Below the pieces are notes generated by a model. That model searched no databases. It was not told the DNA's origin and was given only the letters and a program-made list of their open reading frames with translations. Below are positions 40,141-50,304 of a stretch of 64,000 bases of DNA, one piece after another; positions within the stretch are counted from its first letter, which is position 1, and each line of letters opens with the position of its first letter. This DNA is from a bacterium (GTDB lineage: Bacteria; UBA8248). Location: contig OZ244799.1 in assembly GCA_965219955.1 (NCBI GenBank), forward strand, positions 672,001 through 736,000. Direction: 5' to 3'. The translations under genes were made by a program, and so were the position numbers.

Positions 40141-41519
40141 TGAAGCCGGGCGCCGCGCCTTACGCGAAAGAGATGAGGTTCTCCCGGCTCAAGCAATCGT
40201 ATTCCTCGGGCGAGCGCACGCCGGTGGGCGTCATTCATGAGGTTTGCGAGCGGATCGCCGCGCGCGGTGAGGACGGCGTGTGGATTCACGTCGAACCTGA
40301 GGAGAAATTACTCGCGCGCGCGCAAGAACTCGAAGCCCGCCGGGCGGATGCGGGCGCACTCCCTCTATACGGCGTTCCCTTCGCGGTGAAGGACAACATC
40401 GACGTGGCCGGGGTTCCGACGACGGCGGCGTGCCCCGAATACGCCTATACGCCCGAGGTGAGCGCTCCCTGCGTGGGGCTTCTGCTCGATGCCGGGGCCG
40501 TTTTCGTCGGAAAGACGAATCTGGATCAGTTCGCGACCGGCCTCGTGGGCACGCGAACGCCTTATGGCGTGGCGCGGAACCCGTTCCACGCGGGCTACAT
40601 ACCGGGCGGTTCGAGTTCCGGCTCGGCCGTGGCCGTCGCTTCGGGGCTGGTGAGTTTCGCGCTCGGCACGGACACGGCGGGCTCGGGCCGGGTTCCTGCG
40701 GGGTTCAACAACATCGTGGGCTTGAAACCCTCACGGGGGCTGGTGAGCGCGCGGGGCGTGGTTCCCGCCTGCCGCACGCTCGATTGCGTCTCGGTCTTCG
40801 CGCTCGAGGCTTCGGATGCGCTTTGCGCTCTCGAGACGATGGCCGTCCCCGATGACGACGCTTACAGCCGCGCTCTTCCGGCGGGGGCGTCCCTGCAAAT
40901 GGCCGCCGGTTTGCCGCAGGGGCTGAAGGCGGGCGTTCCTCTGCCGGGACAAAGGGATTTCCTGGGAGATGATGAGGCGCGAAGCGCCTATGAGCGGGGA
41001 ATCGAACGTCTCTCCGGGATGGGCGTGGCTGTGCGGGAAGTCGATTTCTCGCCCTTTTTCGAGGCGGCGAAACTCCTCTACGGCGGTCCCTGGGTGGCGG
41101 AGCGGCTGGCGGCGATTGAGGAATTTTTCGGAGAAAAGCCCGAAGCCTTCCATCCCGTCACGAGAGAGTTGATCGCGGGCGCCGCCCGGTACTCGGCGGT
41201 CGACGCTTTCCGGGCTTTCTATCGTCTGGAAGAATTAAAGCATGAAGTGAGAAAAACCCGGAAAAGCATTGATCTTATGATGGTTCCAACGACACCTACG
41301 GCCTATACGATAGACGAGGTGAATGCCGACCCCATCACCTTGAACGCGAACCTGGGGATGTATACGAATTTCGTGAATCTCCTGGATTTATGCGCCGTCG
41401 CCATCCCGAACGGGTTCTATGCGAACGGTCTCCCCATCGGGGTGACCCTCCTCGCGCCCGCCTTTCAGGAGGGCTTCCTGTGCGCGGTGGCGGAGGAATT
41501 TATATCGGGGGAAGGTTAA
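40137..41519 (+). CDS. atzF: Allophanate hydrolase-like amidase (amidase domain only)
   Basis: VKDNID, GKTNLDQFATGLVGTRTPYG, GGSSSGS, GTDTAGSGRVP, LYGGPWVAER, YTNFVNLLD. Confidence 0.85.
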   Translation: MMKPGAAPYAKEMRFSRLKQSYSSGERTPVGVIHEVCERIAARGEDGVWIHVEPEEKLLARAQELEARRADAGALPLYGVPFAVKDNIDVAGVPTTAACPEYAYTPEVSAPCVGLLLDAGAVFVGKTNLDQFATGLVGTRTPYGVARNPFHAGYIPGGSSSGSAVAVASGLVSFALGTDTAGSGRVPAGFNNIVGLKPSRGLVSARGVVPACRTLDCVSVFALEASDALCALETMAVPDDDAYSRALPAGASLQMAAGLPQGLKAGVPLPGQRDFLGDDEARSAYERGIERLSGMGVAVREVDFSPFFEAAKLLYGGPWVAERLAAIEEFFGEKPEAFHPVTRELIAGAARYSAVDAFRAFYRLEELKHEVRKTRKSIDLMMVPTTPTAYTIDEVNADPITLNANLGMYTNFVNLLDLCAVAIPNGFYANGLPIGVTLLAPAFQEGFLCAVAEEFISGEG

Positions 41520-41565
41520 GATAGATGAAGATGAAAATGAGAGACTATTTCGTGGAGGATGTCTG

Positions 41566-42465
41566 ATGAAGCGACTGGGTTTTGTAGGAGTCGGGGCGAT
41601 GGGCGGCCGGATGGCGCCGCATCTCCTCAAGGCGGGCCATGAAGTGGGCGTGGTGGACGTCGTCCGCGAATCCGTGGAGCGCGCCGTATCAAATGGCGCC
41701 TTCGAGGCGTCGAACCCGGCTGAACTGGCCTCAACGTGCGATATCGTGCTCACCTCCCTGCCCACGGGAGCCGAGGTGGAAGACGTCTACCTGGGCGAGG
41801 GCGGCCTCATGGAAGCCGTGGGCGAGGGCTGTTTGCTGGTCGACCTCTCCACCATCGAGCCCGATCAGAGCCGAAAGCTCGCCGCCGAGGCGGCGGAGCG
41901 CGGGGCGGTGGCGCTCGATGCGCCCGTCTCCGGCGGAGTGATGGGGGCGGACGCGGCGAGCCTCACCATCATGGTCGGGGGGCCGAAGGAGGCTTTCGAG
42001 ACGGTGCAGCCCGTTCTGGCGCTGATGGGGAAGAACATCATCCACGTCGGAGGGTACGGCGCGGGGCAGGTCGCCAAACTCTGCAACAACCTCATCGCGG
42101 GCGTCACCATGGTGGCGGCGGCGGAGGCGTTCGCCATGGGCAAGGCGTCCGGCGTGGACACCAAAATTCTCCACGAGGTGATCCGCACGAGCAGCGGCGG
42201 AAGCTGGGTGATGGAGAAAGACCCGCCGTGCCCCGATCTCATCGATGGCGCGCCTTCGAGCAAGGATTTCGAGGCGGGCTTCACGGTGGACCTGATGCTC
42301 AAGGACATGTCCCTGGCCGTTTCGGCCCTGATGTCGCTGGGGATTCCGTGCCCTGCCGGCGCGGCGGCGAACCAGGTCTACCGCATGGCTTCGCGCGACG
42401 GCCTGGGGGATCTGGATTTCTCCGCGGTGGCCATGCTGACGGGCGCGGCGGAGCGTCTCCGATGA
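41566..42465 (+). CDS. Beta-hydroxyacid dehydrogenase (3-hydroxyisobutyrate dehydrogenase family)
   Basis: GFVGVGAMG, DAPVSGG, KLCNN, LMLKD. Confidence 0.9.
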   Translation: MKRLGFVGVGAMGGRMAPHLLKAGHEVGVVDVVRESVERAVSNGAFEASNPAELASTCDIVLTSLPTGAEVEDVYLGEGGLMEAVGEGCLLVDLSTIEPDQSRKLAAEAAERGAVALDAPVSGGVMGADAASLTIMVGGPKEAFETVQPVLALMGKNIIHVGGYGAGQVAKLCNNLIAGVTMVAAAEAFAMGKASGVDTKILHEVIRTSSGGSWVMEKDPPCPDLIDGAPSSKDFEAGFTVDLMLKDMSLAVSALMSLGIPCPAGAAANQVYRMASRDGLGDLDFSAVAMLTGAAERLR

Positions 42466-42522
42466 GCGAAGTATCGAAGGAATGCGCCTGACGACGAAGC
42501 GCGCCGATAGGAGGAATGTCCG

Positions 42523-43860
42523 ATGGAAGAGACGAATCCGGCTCAGATGAGCGCCCTTCGCGCCGCGGAGGCGATACGAGAAGGCGAGTTGACCTCGGAG
42601 GAACTCGTCGGGGCGTGCCTGGCCCGCATCGGGGAGTGCGAGGAGCAAATCGGCGCCTGGGAGCACCTGGATGAGGACTTGGCCCTGAGGCAGGCGAGAG
42701 AGGCCGACCTCGCCAGAGGGGAAGGGAAGGCGCTGGGGCCTTTTCACGGCGTACCCGTCGGGATCAAGGACATCATCGACACCGCCGAGTTGCCGACCGA
42801 AAACGGCTCCCCCCTTCACGCGGGCCGCCGTCCCACCGAGGACGCCGCACTCGTATCCCTGCTCAAGAACGCGGGCGCCGTCATCATGGGCAAGACCGTG
42901 ACGACGGAGTTCGCCGTCTATCATCCCGGCAAGACGAAAAACCCCCACGACCCGGAGCGCACGCCCGGCGGCTCGTCGAGCGGTTCCGCCGCCGCCGTCG
43001 CCTCCCGCATGGTTCCCGCTGCGGTGGGCAGCCAGACGAACGGCTCGACCATACGGCCCGCCTCTTATTGCGGCGTGTGCGGCTTCAAGCCCACGCACGG
43101 AACGATTTCACGCTACGGCATGCTTCCGCAGTCGAGGCCGATCGACCATGTGGGCCTTTTCGCGCGCTCGGTCGAGGACGTCGCCTTCCTGGGCGATCAG
43201 TTGATGGTCTTCGACGCGCGCGACCCGGACATGCGCCATCGCGCGGCCCCGAGACTGCTGGAAACCGCCGCCTCGGAGCCTCCGGTCGCGCCTCGCTTCG
43301 CGTTCGTGAAAACCCCCGTCTGGGATCAGGCCGATGAGGACGCGCAGGCGGCGTTTGAGGAACTGGCGGCGCGTCTGGGCGGGGAGGTCGTGGAGGAGGT
43401 CGAACTTCCCGAGCCTTTTGACAACGCTATTGAGTGGCACCAGATCATCCTGGAATCGAACCTCGCGCGGAACTTCGAGGCGGAATACGAACGCGGCAGG
43501 GATAAGCTGAGCGATCTCCTGCGCAAGATGATGGAACGCGGCAAAGAGTATCTTGCGGTGGATTACACCCGGGCGGTAGAGAAGGTGCCCGTCCTGAACG
43601 GTTTGCTGGGCGAGACGTTCGAGCGGTTCGACGCCCTGCTCACACCGCCCGCGCCGGGGCAGGCGCCGCTCGGGCTGGGCGCGACGGGGAATCCGGTTTT
43701 TTGCACCATCTGGACCCTGTGCGGAACGCCGGCCGTGACGCTGCCTCTGCTTAAGGGAGCCGACGGGATGCCGCTCGGCGTGCAGCTCGTGGGGCCCAGG
43801 GGAGACGACGCCAGGCTGCTCCGGACGGCGAGGTGGCTGGAATCCCGCCTCGGCGGATAA
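42523..43860 (+). CDS. Amidase-signature family enzyme
   Basis: IKDII, GKTVTTEFA, PGGSSSGSAAAVA, SQTNGSTIRPA. Confidence 0.92.
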   Translation: MEETNPAQMSALRAAEAIREGELTSEELVGACLARIGECEEQIGAWEHLDEDLALRQAREADLARGEGKALGPFHGVPVGIKDIIDTAELPTENGSPLHAGRRPTEDAALVSLLKNAGAVIMGKTVTTEFAVYHPGKTKNPHDPERTPGGSSSGSAAAVASRMVPAAVGSQTNGSTIRPASYCGVCGFKPTHGTISRYGMLPQSRPIDHVGLFARSVEDVAFLGDQLMVFDARDPDMRHRAAPRLLETAASEPPVAPRFAFVKTPVWDQADEDAQAAFEELAARLGGEVVEEVELPEPFDNAIEWHQIILESNLARNFEAEYERGRDKLSDLLRKMMERGKEYLAVDYTRAVEKVPVLNGLLGETFERFDALLTPPAPGQAPLGLGATGNPVFCTIWTLCGTPAVTLPLLKGADGMPLGVQLVGPRGDDARLLRTARWLESRLGG

Positions 43861-43951
43861 GCGCCCTGACCTGCATGGCCCTGCGGGTAAATCGGCCGCT
43901 CCGGCCCGCGTCCTGTTTCGTACATCCATCACCAAAGAGGAGGCTTAGACG

Positions 43952-44851
43952 ATGAGCCGATCCGTCGCCTTTATCGGAACCGGCATCATGGGCAAGCCCA
44001 TGGTGTTGAACTTGCTGAAAGCAGGCCATTCGGTGGCCGCCCACAACCGCAGCAAGCCGCCTCTGGAGGAACTGGCCGAGGCGGGCGCGGTGGTGTGCAC
44101 GTCCGCAGCGGAAGCGGCTTCGAAAGCCAACGCCATCATTACCTGTCTGCCCGATTCGCCGGACGTGGAACTGGTCGCCCTGGGCGAGGGGGGCGTCATC
44201 GAAGGCGCGGGGGAGGGTTCTCTTTTCATCGACATGAGCACGATCTCCCCCGGCGTCTCGAAAAAGGTGGCGGGGGCCTTGGGAGAGCGGGGCGTGCGCA
44301 TGCTCGACGCTCCCGTGAGCGGGGGAGACGTCGGCGCCAGGGAGGGCACGCTCTCGATCATGGTGGGCGGTGCTGCGGCGGATTTCGAGGACGCTTTGCC
44401 CGTCTTCGAGGCGATGGGGAAGACCATCGTCCACGTTGGGGAGAACGTGGGCGACGGCGGGTACGTGAAGATCGCGAACCAGATCATGGTGGGCCTGCAC
44501 ATCGCCGCGATGAGCGAGGCGCTCGTGCTGGGCGCGAAAGCGGGCGTGAATCCCGATAAGATGATCGCGGCCCTGTCCGGCGGCCTCGCGCAATCGCGCG
44601 TGCTGGAATTGCGCGGGCCGAACCTGGTGAGGGGCGAATACCCGCCGGGTTTCCGGATCCGCCTGCACCGCAAGGACCTTCGCCTCGCCATGGAGGCGGG
44701 CGCGGACCTTGGGGTGGCGATACCTGCGGCGGGGCAGCTCTATCAGATGTTCACGGCGCTCCTGGCGGCGGACCGCGGGGAGCTGGACCACAGCGGCTTC
44801 GCCACCCTCATCGAAGACCTCGCCAGACACAGGGTCTGCGATACGGACTAG
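43952..44851 (+). CDS. 2-hydroxy-3-oxopropionate (tartronate semialdehyde) reductase-like
   Basis: FIGTGIMGKPM, DAPVSGG, KIANQ, PGFRIRLHRKDL. Confidence 0.88.
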   Translation: MSRSVAFIGTGIMGKPMVLNLLKAGHSVAAHNRSKPPLEELAEAGAVVCTSAAEAASKANAIITCLPDSPDVELVALGEGGVIEGAGEGSLFIDMSTISPGVSKKVAGALGERGVRMLDAPVSGGDVGAREGTLSIMVGGAAADFEDALPVFEAMGKTIVHVGENVGDGGYVKIANQIMVGLHIAAMSEALVLGAKAGVNPDKMIAALSGGLAQSRVLELRGPNLVRGEYPPGFRIRLHRKDLRLAMEAGADLGVAIPAAGQLYQMFTALLAADRGELDHSGFATLIEDLARHRVCDTD

Positions 44852-44856
44852 CCTTG

Positions 44857-45398
44857 GGGGGTGTTGAGAAGCTCCTCGCAGGGGGATATCGCCTTTAGCG
44901 GAAAGGCCGCTTTCGCGCGAACCCCCGACTCCCCTCTTTGAAAGCAACCCCCCCTACCCCCCCTTGTCAGGGGGGCAAGAAAAAGCAAAACCCCTCTCAG
45001 CCCGGCGGGGGCGCATCGCCTTTTTATACCCCCTGACAAGGGGGGGGTAGGGGGGGTTGCCGTTGGGGTTGGCCCACCGCGCGGCATCGGGTTTCGCGGA
45101 GCGCTTGACGCCCTCATCCCGAACAAGCGCCCCAAACCCTCATCCTGAGTAGGCGCGTAAGCGCCGTATCGAAGGATGGGGAGCGCTCTCTCCGGCGAGC
45201 GCGAATTTCGCCCTTCGACAGGCTCAGGACAGGCCCCTTCGATACGCCGCCTTCGGCGGCTACTCAGGATGAGGAAGATGGGGGGGCGGAGCTTGTCCCG
45301 AGCGAAGTCGAGGGGCCGCTACTCAGGGTGAGGCGGAGCGGCGGGCTGCGCAGGATGAGGAGGGGGATTGCGTGGCTTCGGGCTTTTTCAACAACCCC
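44857..45398. mobile_element. Composite repeat container 3
   Basis: GGGGGTGTTGAGAAG...CTTTTTCAACAACCCC; intact CCCCCTACCCCCCCTTGTCAGGGGG doublet (44944-45060) and CCTCATCCTGAGTAG doublets (45138-45333); ~100-bp leader shared with container 2. Confidence 0.75.
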
Positions 45399-45399
45399 C

Positions 45400-46788
45400 T
45401 TACGCGACGACCTCAGGCTCTCCCTCGCCGATCCAGCCGATGGCCGTCATCGAGACTTCCGTGCCCGCCACGGGCGAGACTTCCGGTATCTGAATGGCGG
45501 TGAAGGCCGGCCTGCGCTTCGGGAAGTATTTCCTGAACAGGGGCTCGAGCGCCGACACGTGGGAGATGTTCTTGAGGAACAGCGTCAGGTGCGTCACCCG
45601 GCTCATGTCGGCGTCTGCGGCTTTCATCGCGTCTTCCATCTGATCCAGAACCGCCAGCCCCTGCAAGACGACGTTTCTCGTCGCCGGCGAAGACGCTTTC
45701 GGCAGTCTCCGGCGGAGCGCTCCCTTGAGCTCGCTTCTTTTGCTGATCGGCTCATCGTCTTCGGTCAGGCCGATGATGTTCGAGAGGAAGAGTACGCCGC
45801 CCGCGGCGACGCCCAGGCTCATTTGCGCGCCCGACTCATCCCCGCGAATCACCTCGCGCTTGATCTTGCTGCCGTTCATCAGCGCCGTCGGTTCGATTTC
45901 GATCTTCTCCCCCTTGTGGCCGACTTCCGCCACCTGCATCACCGTGAGGGCGGGCGGGTCGTTTGGGAAAAACCGCTCGTGGATGCGGTGGAAGGTGGGG
46001 AAATCGCGCATGTCCCCGAGATAGACGGTGAGGTTCAGGATGTTTTCCAAAGACGAGCCCGAACCTTCCAGGTGCTTGCGGATGAGGTCGTAGACGAACC
46101 ACGTCTGCGCGGCGATGGGGCCGTTCCTGCTGTCCTCATGGCTCTGGCCGACGGAGAGGAATCTCCCCCGCTTGGGGATGTCGGGGTAGTTGCGGATGAG
46201 GGGGGAGCCGGGTTTCGAGGTATCGGTCGGAATCTGCCCGGCGACGAAGAGATACGGCCCGGCGCCGACGACGTGGGAGAAATGGGCGGCGGCCGAATGC
46301 GCCTTCGAGCCTTCATGCTTCATCCTTTGCCCCAGAGTCTTCGCCGCCTCGGGATGGAGCGCGATGGCGTCGATGTTGAAGCGCACGGTTCTTTCCGGGT
46401 CGAACGCGCCCATGCCCACGGCGGTGCTCGGCGTGGGCGCTTTCGGCTCGTAGTGACGCCTGATGCTGTCGAACACCGGGAAAAAGCGCTTGTCGAGCTG
46501 ATAGAGATGGAACCGGAGCAAATTCTCCAGCCCACCGCCGTTGGCCTTCAGCGCTTCCCCCACGCCCTCGTAAGTCGCGATGGCCTGCGCGCCGATGGGC
46601 GCTTCGATCTTGTCGACCCAGGGGTAGTTCTTCGTCCGCGCGGGTCCTTTCTCCCCGATTTCGGCGTATCTGGTGCAGATGTTTCCCGACTTGGAGTGCA
46701 TCCCCATCTGCCCGCTGAAGAACAGGAACGGCCCGCCCGAAACGCAACGGGGCCACTTGGCGTGGTCTGAAAAGAATTTTTTGGACAT
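45400..46788 (-). CDS. Protein of three tandem Rid (YjgF/YER057c/UK114) domains
   Basis: Three units: FLFFSGQ / YLFVAGQ / VLFLSNI; AQA / AQT / LQG; LRFHLYQ / LNLTVYL / THLTLFL; NIDAIA / EIEPTA / SMTAIG. Confidence 0.8.
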   Translation of the reverse strand: MSKKFFSDHAKWPRCVSGGPFLFFSGQMGMHSKSGNICTRYAEIGEKGPARTKNYPWVDKIEAPIGAQAIATYEGVGEALKANGGGLENLLRFHLYQLDKRFFPVFDSIRRHYEPKAPTPSTAVGMGAFDPERTVRFNIDAIALHPEAAKTLGQRMKHEGSKAHSAAAHFSHVVGAGPYLFVAGQIPTDTSKPGSPLIRNYPDIPKRGRFLSVGQSHEDSRNGPIAAQTWFVYDLIRKHLEGSGSSLENILNLTVYLGDMRDFPTFHRIHERFFPNDPPALTVMQVAEVGHKGEKIEIEPTALMNGSKIKREVIRGDESGAQMSLGVAAGGVLFLSNIIGLTEDDEPISKRSELKGALRRRLPKASSPATRNVVLQGLAVLDQMEDAMKAADADMSRVTHLTLFLKNISHVSALEPLFRKYFPKRRPAFTAIQIPEVSPVAGTEVSMTAIGWIGEGEPEVVA

Positions 46789-49116
46789 TTACGCCTCAAT
46801 GAAGGATGGGGGTTGAAACGCCGTGATCTCGGGAAGCTCTTCCTCGTAGCGCTCCATCTCCACCAGCGCGCTGTGCGCGCTCGGGCCCTGCCCGAGGCTG
46901 GAGGTTCCCTTGTCGGGCGTCAGGACGTTGGGGTTGCCGTGCTTGTCGAGCGCGCCGATTCTCCCCGGCTCCTGCGGGTCGTACCACGCGCCCGTGGAGA
47001 GCTGGATGACGCCCGGCAGCAGTCCCTCGGTGATGACGGCGCCGGCGAGAATGGCGCCTCGCCCGTTGAAGATTCGCACGACGTCTCCGTCCCGAATCTC
47101 CCGCGCGGCGGCGTCTTCGGGATGAATCCACACCGGTTCCCTTCCCTGAATCTTGCTTTTGGTGCTGGTCGAGCCGCTGTCCATCTGGCCGTGAAGCCTC
47201 GTGCGCGGCTGGTTCGAGATCAGGTGCAGCGGGAATTTCTCCGCCGTCTCACTCCCCAGCCATTCTACGGGTTCGAGCCAGGCGGGGTGGGGCGGGCAAT
47301 CGGCGTACCCGAAGCTCTCGATGCGCTCGGAAAATATCTCGATTTTCCCGGAAGGCGTCTTGAGCGGATTTTTCTCAGGGTCTTCCCGGAAATCGGCCAG
47401 ATAGACGTGGGGCGTCTCCGGCGGGGCGACTTCGGTATGGCCGGTCTCCCAGAAATGCTCGAACGTGTCGAGGACCACGCCCTGGGCGGCGGCTTTCCGG
47501 CGCGCCTCCTCGTAGATGTGCCGGAGCCATTCCGTCTCGCCGCGGTCTTCGGTGAAGGCGCTCTTGAAGCCGAGGCGTTCGGCCAGTTCCGAGAAGATGT
47601 CGAAATCGTGCCTGGCGTCGCCCACCGGTTCGATCACCTTGTGCATGGCGAGGATGAAACGATCCCTCGAACTCGAGCCGATGTCGTTGCGCTCGAGCGT
47701 CGTGGTGGCAGGCAGCACGATGTCCGCATGGCGCGCCGTGGACGTCCACCACGGGTCGTGGACGACGATGGTTTCGGGCCGCCGCCACGCCTTCACCAGC
47801 CGGTTCAAGTCCTGGTGGTGGTGGAATGGATTGCCGCCGCACCAGTACACCATGCGGATGTCCGGGTAGGTGCGGCGTTCGCCGTTGAAGTCGTATTCCT
47901 CGCCCGGGTGGAGCATCATGTCCGCGATGCGGGCGACGGGGATGAAGCTGCCGGTCGGGTTTTTCCCGAAACTCATTCTGACGGAGGGGATATCCTCACG
48001 CGGTTCGCCGCGCCCGCCCATGCTCCCGTAGCCGAAGCCGAACCCCCCGCCGGGCAGGCCGATTTGTCCGAGCATGGCTGCGAGCGTGATGGTCATCCAG
48101 AACGGCTGCTCGCCGTGGTCCCCGCGCTGGAGCGACCAGTTCGTGTTGAGCATGGTTCGCGCACCCGCCATGCGCCGCGCAAGATTCCGGATGACGTCCG
48201 CCCCGATTCCCGTGATGGGAGCCGCCCAGTCCGCGTTCCTGGGCCGCCCGTCGATTTCGCCCGCCAGGTAGGCTTCGAATTTTTCGAAACCCACGCAGTA
48301 GCGCGCGAGGAAGTCCTTGTCGTGCAGGTTTTCCTCCCAGAGCGTATGCGCGAGGCCGAGCATGAGCGCCACGTCCGTATTGGGCCGCACGGCGAGCCAC
48401 TGGGCGTCCAGAAAGCCGGGCGCATCGTCTTCCAGGGGGCTTACGTTCACGAATTCCACCCCGTTCGCCTTCGCCCTTTCCAGCCAAATCTCCAGGGAGT
48501 GTTCTCCCGCGCCTCCGGCCGCCACCTGCGCGTTCTTGACGGGAACGCCGCCGAACATGACGAACAGCCCTGCGTCTTGCGCGATGCTGTCCCACGTCGT
48601 GATGTGGCCCGAACAGGCGACGTAGTCCCCCAGAACGTGGGGGAGGATGATGTAACCGGCGGCGATGCTGTAGGTGGTCACCTGGTCCGTGAAGCCGCCG
48701 TAGCAGTTCAAGAATCTCTTGAGCAGCGTATTGGCATGGTGGAAGCGTCCCGCGCTCGCCCAGCCGTATGAACCCGCGAAGATGGATTCGTTGCCGTGTT
48801 CGGTCTTGATGCGCTCTATCTCGTCGGCGACCAGGCCGAGGGCCGTCTCCCAGGAGACGGGCACGAAAGGCTCGCCGCCGCGTCCTTCGGAGTTCTTCCC
48901 GGGGCCGCCTTCGAGCCAGCCCGCGCGGATCATCGGTTGGGAGATGCGGGTTTCGTCGTAGATGGCGTCCTGGATGGACTCCAGGATGGGGGAGGGCGCC
49001 GGGTCCTTGGCGAACGGCTCGAAGCCCACCATGCGGCCATCGCGCACGTGCGCCCGGAAGGCCCCCCAGTGGGAACTGTGGTGACGTTTTTCGATTCCAC
49101 CTCGCCCGTCGGGCAT
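46789..49116 (-). CDS. Mo-bisPGD oxidoreductase, DMSO reductase/BisC/TorA clade, cytoplasmic
   Basis: SHWGAF, SYGWASAGRFH, TYSIAAG (Ser ligand), GGNPFHHHQD, ADIVLPATT; no twin-Arg signal. Confidence 0.92.
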   Translation of the reverse strand: MPDGRGGIEKRHHSSHWGAFRAHVRDGRMVGFEPFAKDPAPSPILESIQDAIYDETRISQPMIRAGWLEGGPGKNSEGRGGEPFVPVSWETALGLVADEIERIKTEHGNESIFAGSYGWASAGRFHHANTLLKRFLNCYGGFTDQVTTYSIAAGYIILPHVLGDYVACSGHITTWDSIAQDAGLFVMFGGVPVKNAQVAAGGAGEHSLEIWLERAKANGVEFVNVSPLEDDAPGFLDAQWLAVRPNTDVALMLGLAHTLWEENLHDKDFLARYCVGFEKFEAYLAGEIDGRPRNADWAAPITGIGADVIRNLARRMAGARTMLNTNWSLQRGDHGEQPFWMTITLAAMLGQIGLPGGGFGFGYGSMGGRGEPREDIPSVRMSFGKNPTGSFIPVARIADMMLHPGEEYDFNGERRTYPDIRMVYWCGGNPFHHHQDLNRLVKAWRRPETIVVHDPWWTSTARHADIVLPATTTLERNDIGSSSRDRFILAMHKVIEPVGDARHDFDIFSELAERLGFKSAFTEDRGETEWLRHIYEEARRKAAAQGVVLDTFEHFWETGHTEVAPPETPHVYLADFREDPEKNPLKTPSGKIEIFSERIESFGYADCPPHPAWLEPVEWLGSETAEKFPLHLISNQPRTRLHGQMDSGSTSTKSKIQGREPVWIHPEDAAAREIRDGDVVRIFNGRGAILAGAVITEGLLPGVIQLSTGAWYDPQEPGRIGALDKHGNPNVLTPDKGTSSLGQGPSAHSALVEMERYEEELPEITAFQPPSFIEA

Positions 49117-49299
49117 CAGATGATTTCCTCCACGAATCTGGGTCGAACCAGTGGTTTTGGGGAGTATATCACGAGTGGGAGCCAAGTCCCTCCGCCCCGG
49201 CGTTTCAAGCGCCCAAAACAGGTTGCAGGGTGATTTTAGGGCCGGAATGTGCCATTGTTCCACCTTCTGGGTTCAATTTTTTCTCATCTGGAGACGCTC

Positions 49300-49797
49300 A
49301 TGGATGTGCTCACGCGAATGGCCGGTGAAATCGGGCAGTTGCTGAAGGATAAGGGACAAACGGTCGCCGTTTCGGAAACCTCCGCAGGCGGTCTCGTATC
49401 GGCCGCTCTGCTCGCCGTTCCGGGGGCTTCGGCCTACTACATGGGCGGCGGCGTGCTCTACACCTATGATTCGAGGAGCATTCTGCTGGGGTTGCCCGAG
49501 GACGCCTTCGAGGGCATGCGGCCGAGCACGGAGCCCTACGCGGCGAAGCTGGCCGCGGCGATAAAAGACCGGCTGGGGGCGACATGGGGCGTTTCCGAAA
49601 CCGGGGCGGCCGGCCCTGCCGGCAACAGATACGGGGACGCGCCGGGGCATTCGTGCATGGCCGTTTCCGGCCCGGTGGAGAAGGTGATGACGCTGGAGAC
49701 GGGCAGCGCGGACAGGGAGGCGAATATGTGGGCGTTCGCGGAGGCGACGCTCGGCCAGCTCAAAGAGGCAATCGAGCAAAACGGAACAAATCAATGA
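49300..49797 (+). CDS. CinA C-terminal/PncC-like protein (degenerate motif)
   Basis: VAVSETSAGGLVS, PGASAYY, SETGAAGPAG. Confidence 0.85.
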   Translation: MDVLTRMAGEIGQLLKDKGQTVAVSETSAGGLVSAALLAVPGASAYYMGGGVLYTYDSRSILLGLPEDAFEGMRPSTEPYAAKLAAAIKDRLGATWGVSETGAAGPAGNRYGDAPGHSCMAVSGPVEKVMTLETGSADREANMWAFAEATLGQLKEAIEQNGTNQ

Positions 49798-49890
49798 GCC
49801 TCAAGGGGGTGACCCTCCATTAAGTTCGGTTATTGGGGATTCTTGAAAAACGTCGGGTTCCGTTCAAACTAGATCGGAAGATCGGTCTTG

Positions 49891-50199
49891 TCACATTCTG
49901 GGTTCGGATCTTCTCCTGGCCCTTCTTTCGATTTGCTGTTTTTCAATCGAGTCATGGACCTTGACGAGCAATTCTCTGATGTTGAGCAACACGGCGAGTG
50001 TGCCGAACACGATTACGGCAACGATCCAGCCGAACACGAGGCCGATGGCAACGCCAAACAAGCCGCCGTAATCCGAAATCTGTTCTTTGCCGAAATGGAA
50101 GCCAACTACACCGGAAACGGAAATGACGATGATCGACAAAATTGCGTTGAGTGCACCGAGGGATCTGGCAAGAAATTCATTCACCTTCCGCCCTTTCAT
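49891..50199 (-). CDS. Small two-TM hypothetical membrane protein
   Basis: Two hydrophobic helices and a charged tail; lies in a lower-GC patch. Confidence 0.55.
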   Translation of the reverse strand: MKGRKVNEFLARSLGALNAILSIIVISVSGVVGFHFGKEQISDYGGLFGVAIGLVFGWIVAVIVFGTLAVLLNIRELLVKVHDSIEKQQIERRARRRSEPRM

Positions 50200-50304
50200 T
50201 CAATGACGAATTCTCTTGTGATTTTGATGGGGGGTCGTATATCAAATATTATGCTTAGTCAAGGGAATGATTCCCCACAAAACTAACCTATGGAGAGATG
50301 CGTT

